Source of the DNA: Convolutriloba macropyga
Taxonomy: Eukaryota
Length of the DNA: 64,000 nucleotides
Direction: 5' to 3'
Assembly (NCBI RefSeq): GCF_964194025.1
Contig: NC_134474.1
Coordinates: 29,450,001 to 29,514,000, forward strand
Below, piece by piece: positions 63,537-64,000 of this stretch (position 1 is the first letter of the stretch; each line of letters begins with the position of its first letter). The notes below the pieces were generated by a model, which saw only the letters and a list, made by a program, of their open reading frames with translations, was not told the DNA's origin and made no database searches. The position numbers and the translations under genes are program-made.

Positions 63537-64000
63537 GCGGGAAAATAGAAACAAAACACTTTCTGTTGTCCTAGTCATTTAATAGTTAAAGTTATAGTTC
63601 TAGTTACATTTTGTCATGTGAGAAAAAAGAGAAAAAAGGGGAAACAACAAAAAGCAACACACAGAACTCAACGTAGCAGCCGTAGAAAACGGCTGAAAGT
63701 ATAACTCAGCAAAATATTGCAAAACAAATTAAATTGTCTTGAGCAGTAAATAACGTGTTACTGTGTCTTGAACTAGAAATATTCCTGAGCAGTAAATTGT
63801 TACTGTGTCTTGTATTCAAAATATTATTCTTGAGCAGTAAATTCTGTTACTGTGTCTGGCATCAACGAATTATTGGAGCTGAAATTCAACTGTTACAACC
63901 CCAACTTCTGGTATTTTCAACTTGTGAGTACAAACAGCAAAAGCCAACTTAAGTTTAAATATTTTTGCACAAACAGGTCTTAGACATATATCTTTGTCTT
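63506..64000 (+). repeat. 3' LTR of the BEL/Pao element (partial in window)
   Basis: Direct repeat of 56894 onward, with scattered substitutions and one extra internal tandem unit. Confidence 0.92.

Larger units (their letters stand above)
56894..64000 (+). mobile_element. BEL/Pao LTR retrotransposon, near full length, inactivated (3' LTR runs off the window)
   Basis: Paired LTRs starting TGTTGGA at 56894 and 63506, PBS at 57621, purine-rich tract before 63506, and domain order gag-PR-RT-RH-IN. Confidence 0.95.

Overview
AT-rich, repeat-dense eukaryotic genomic DNA. It is most likely a fast-evolving invertebrate metazoan; the taxon cannot be proven from the sequence. Four housekeeping genes lie on the minus strand. 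INTS2 (intronless) is followed only 162 bp later by an intronless 557-aa ORF that I read as a divergent TEDC2, then come MZT1 (intronless) and CCDC115/Vma22 (3 coding exons). Each gene has a pyrimidine-rich 3' splice acceptor 5-24 nt before its ATG. The INTS2/TEDC2-like spacer looks like an intercistronic region, so an operon-like (SL trans-spliced or shared-leader) unit is the top hypothesis. The rest is mostly transposons: a decayed near-full-length BEL/Pao element, a gag-only three-LTR retroelement with a 5-bp TSD, four copies of a Helentron-type (HINE/DINE-like) non-autonomous family with kb-scale internal repeats, CCC-ended 2-bp-TSD (CACTA/EnSpm-like) MITEs, CR1/L2-type LINE remnants and a tRNA-derived SINE head. 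A decayed gene-dense remnant lies around an assembly gap. All homology calls are by eye from recalled family motifs; no search was run.
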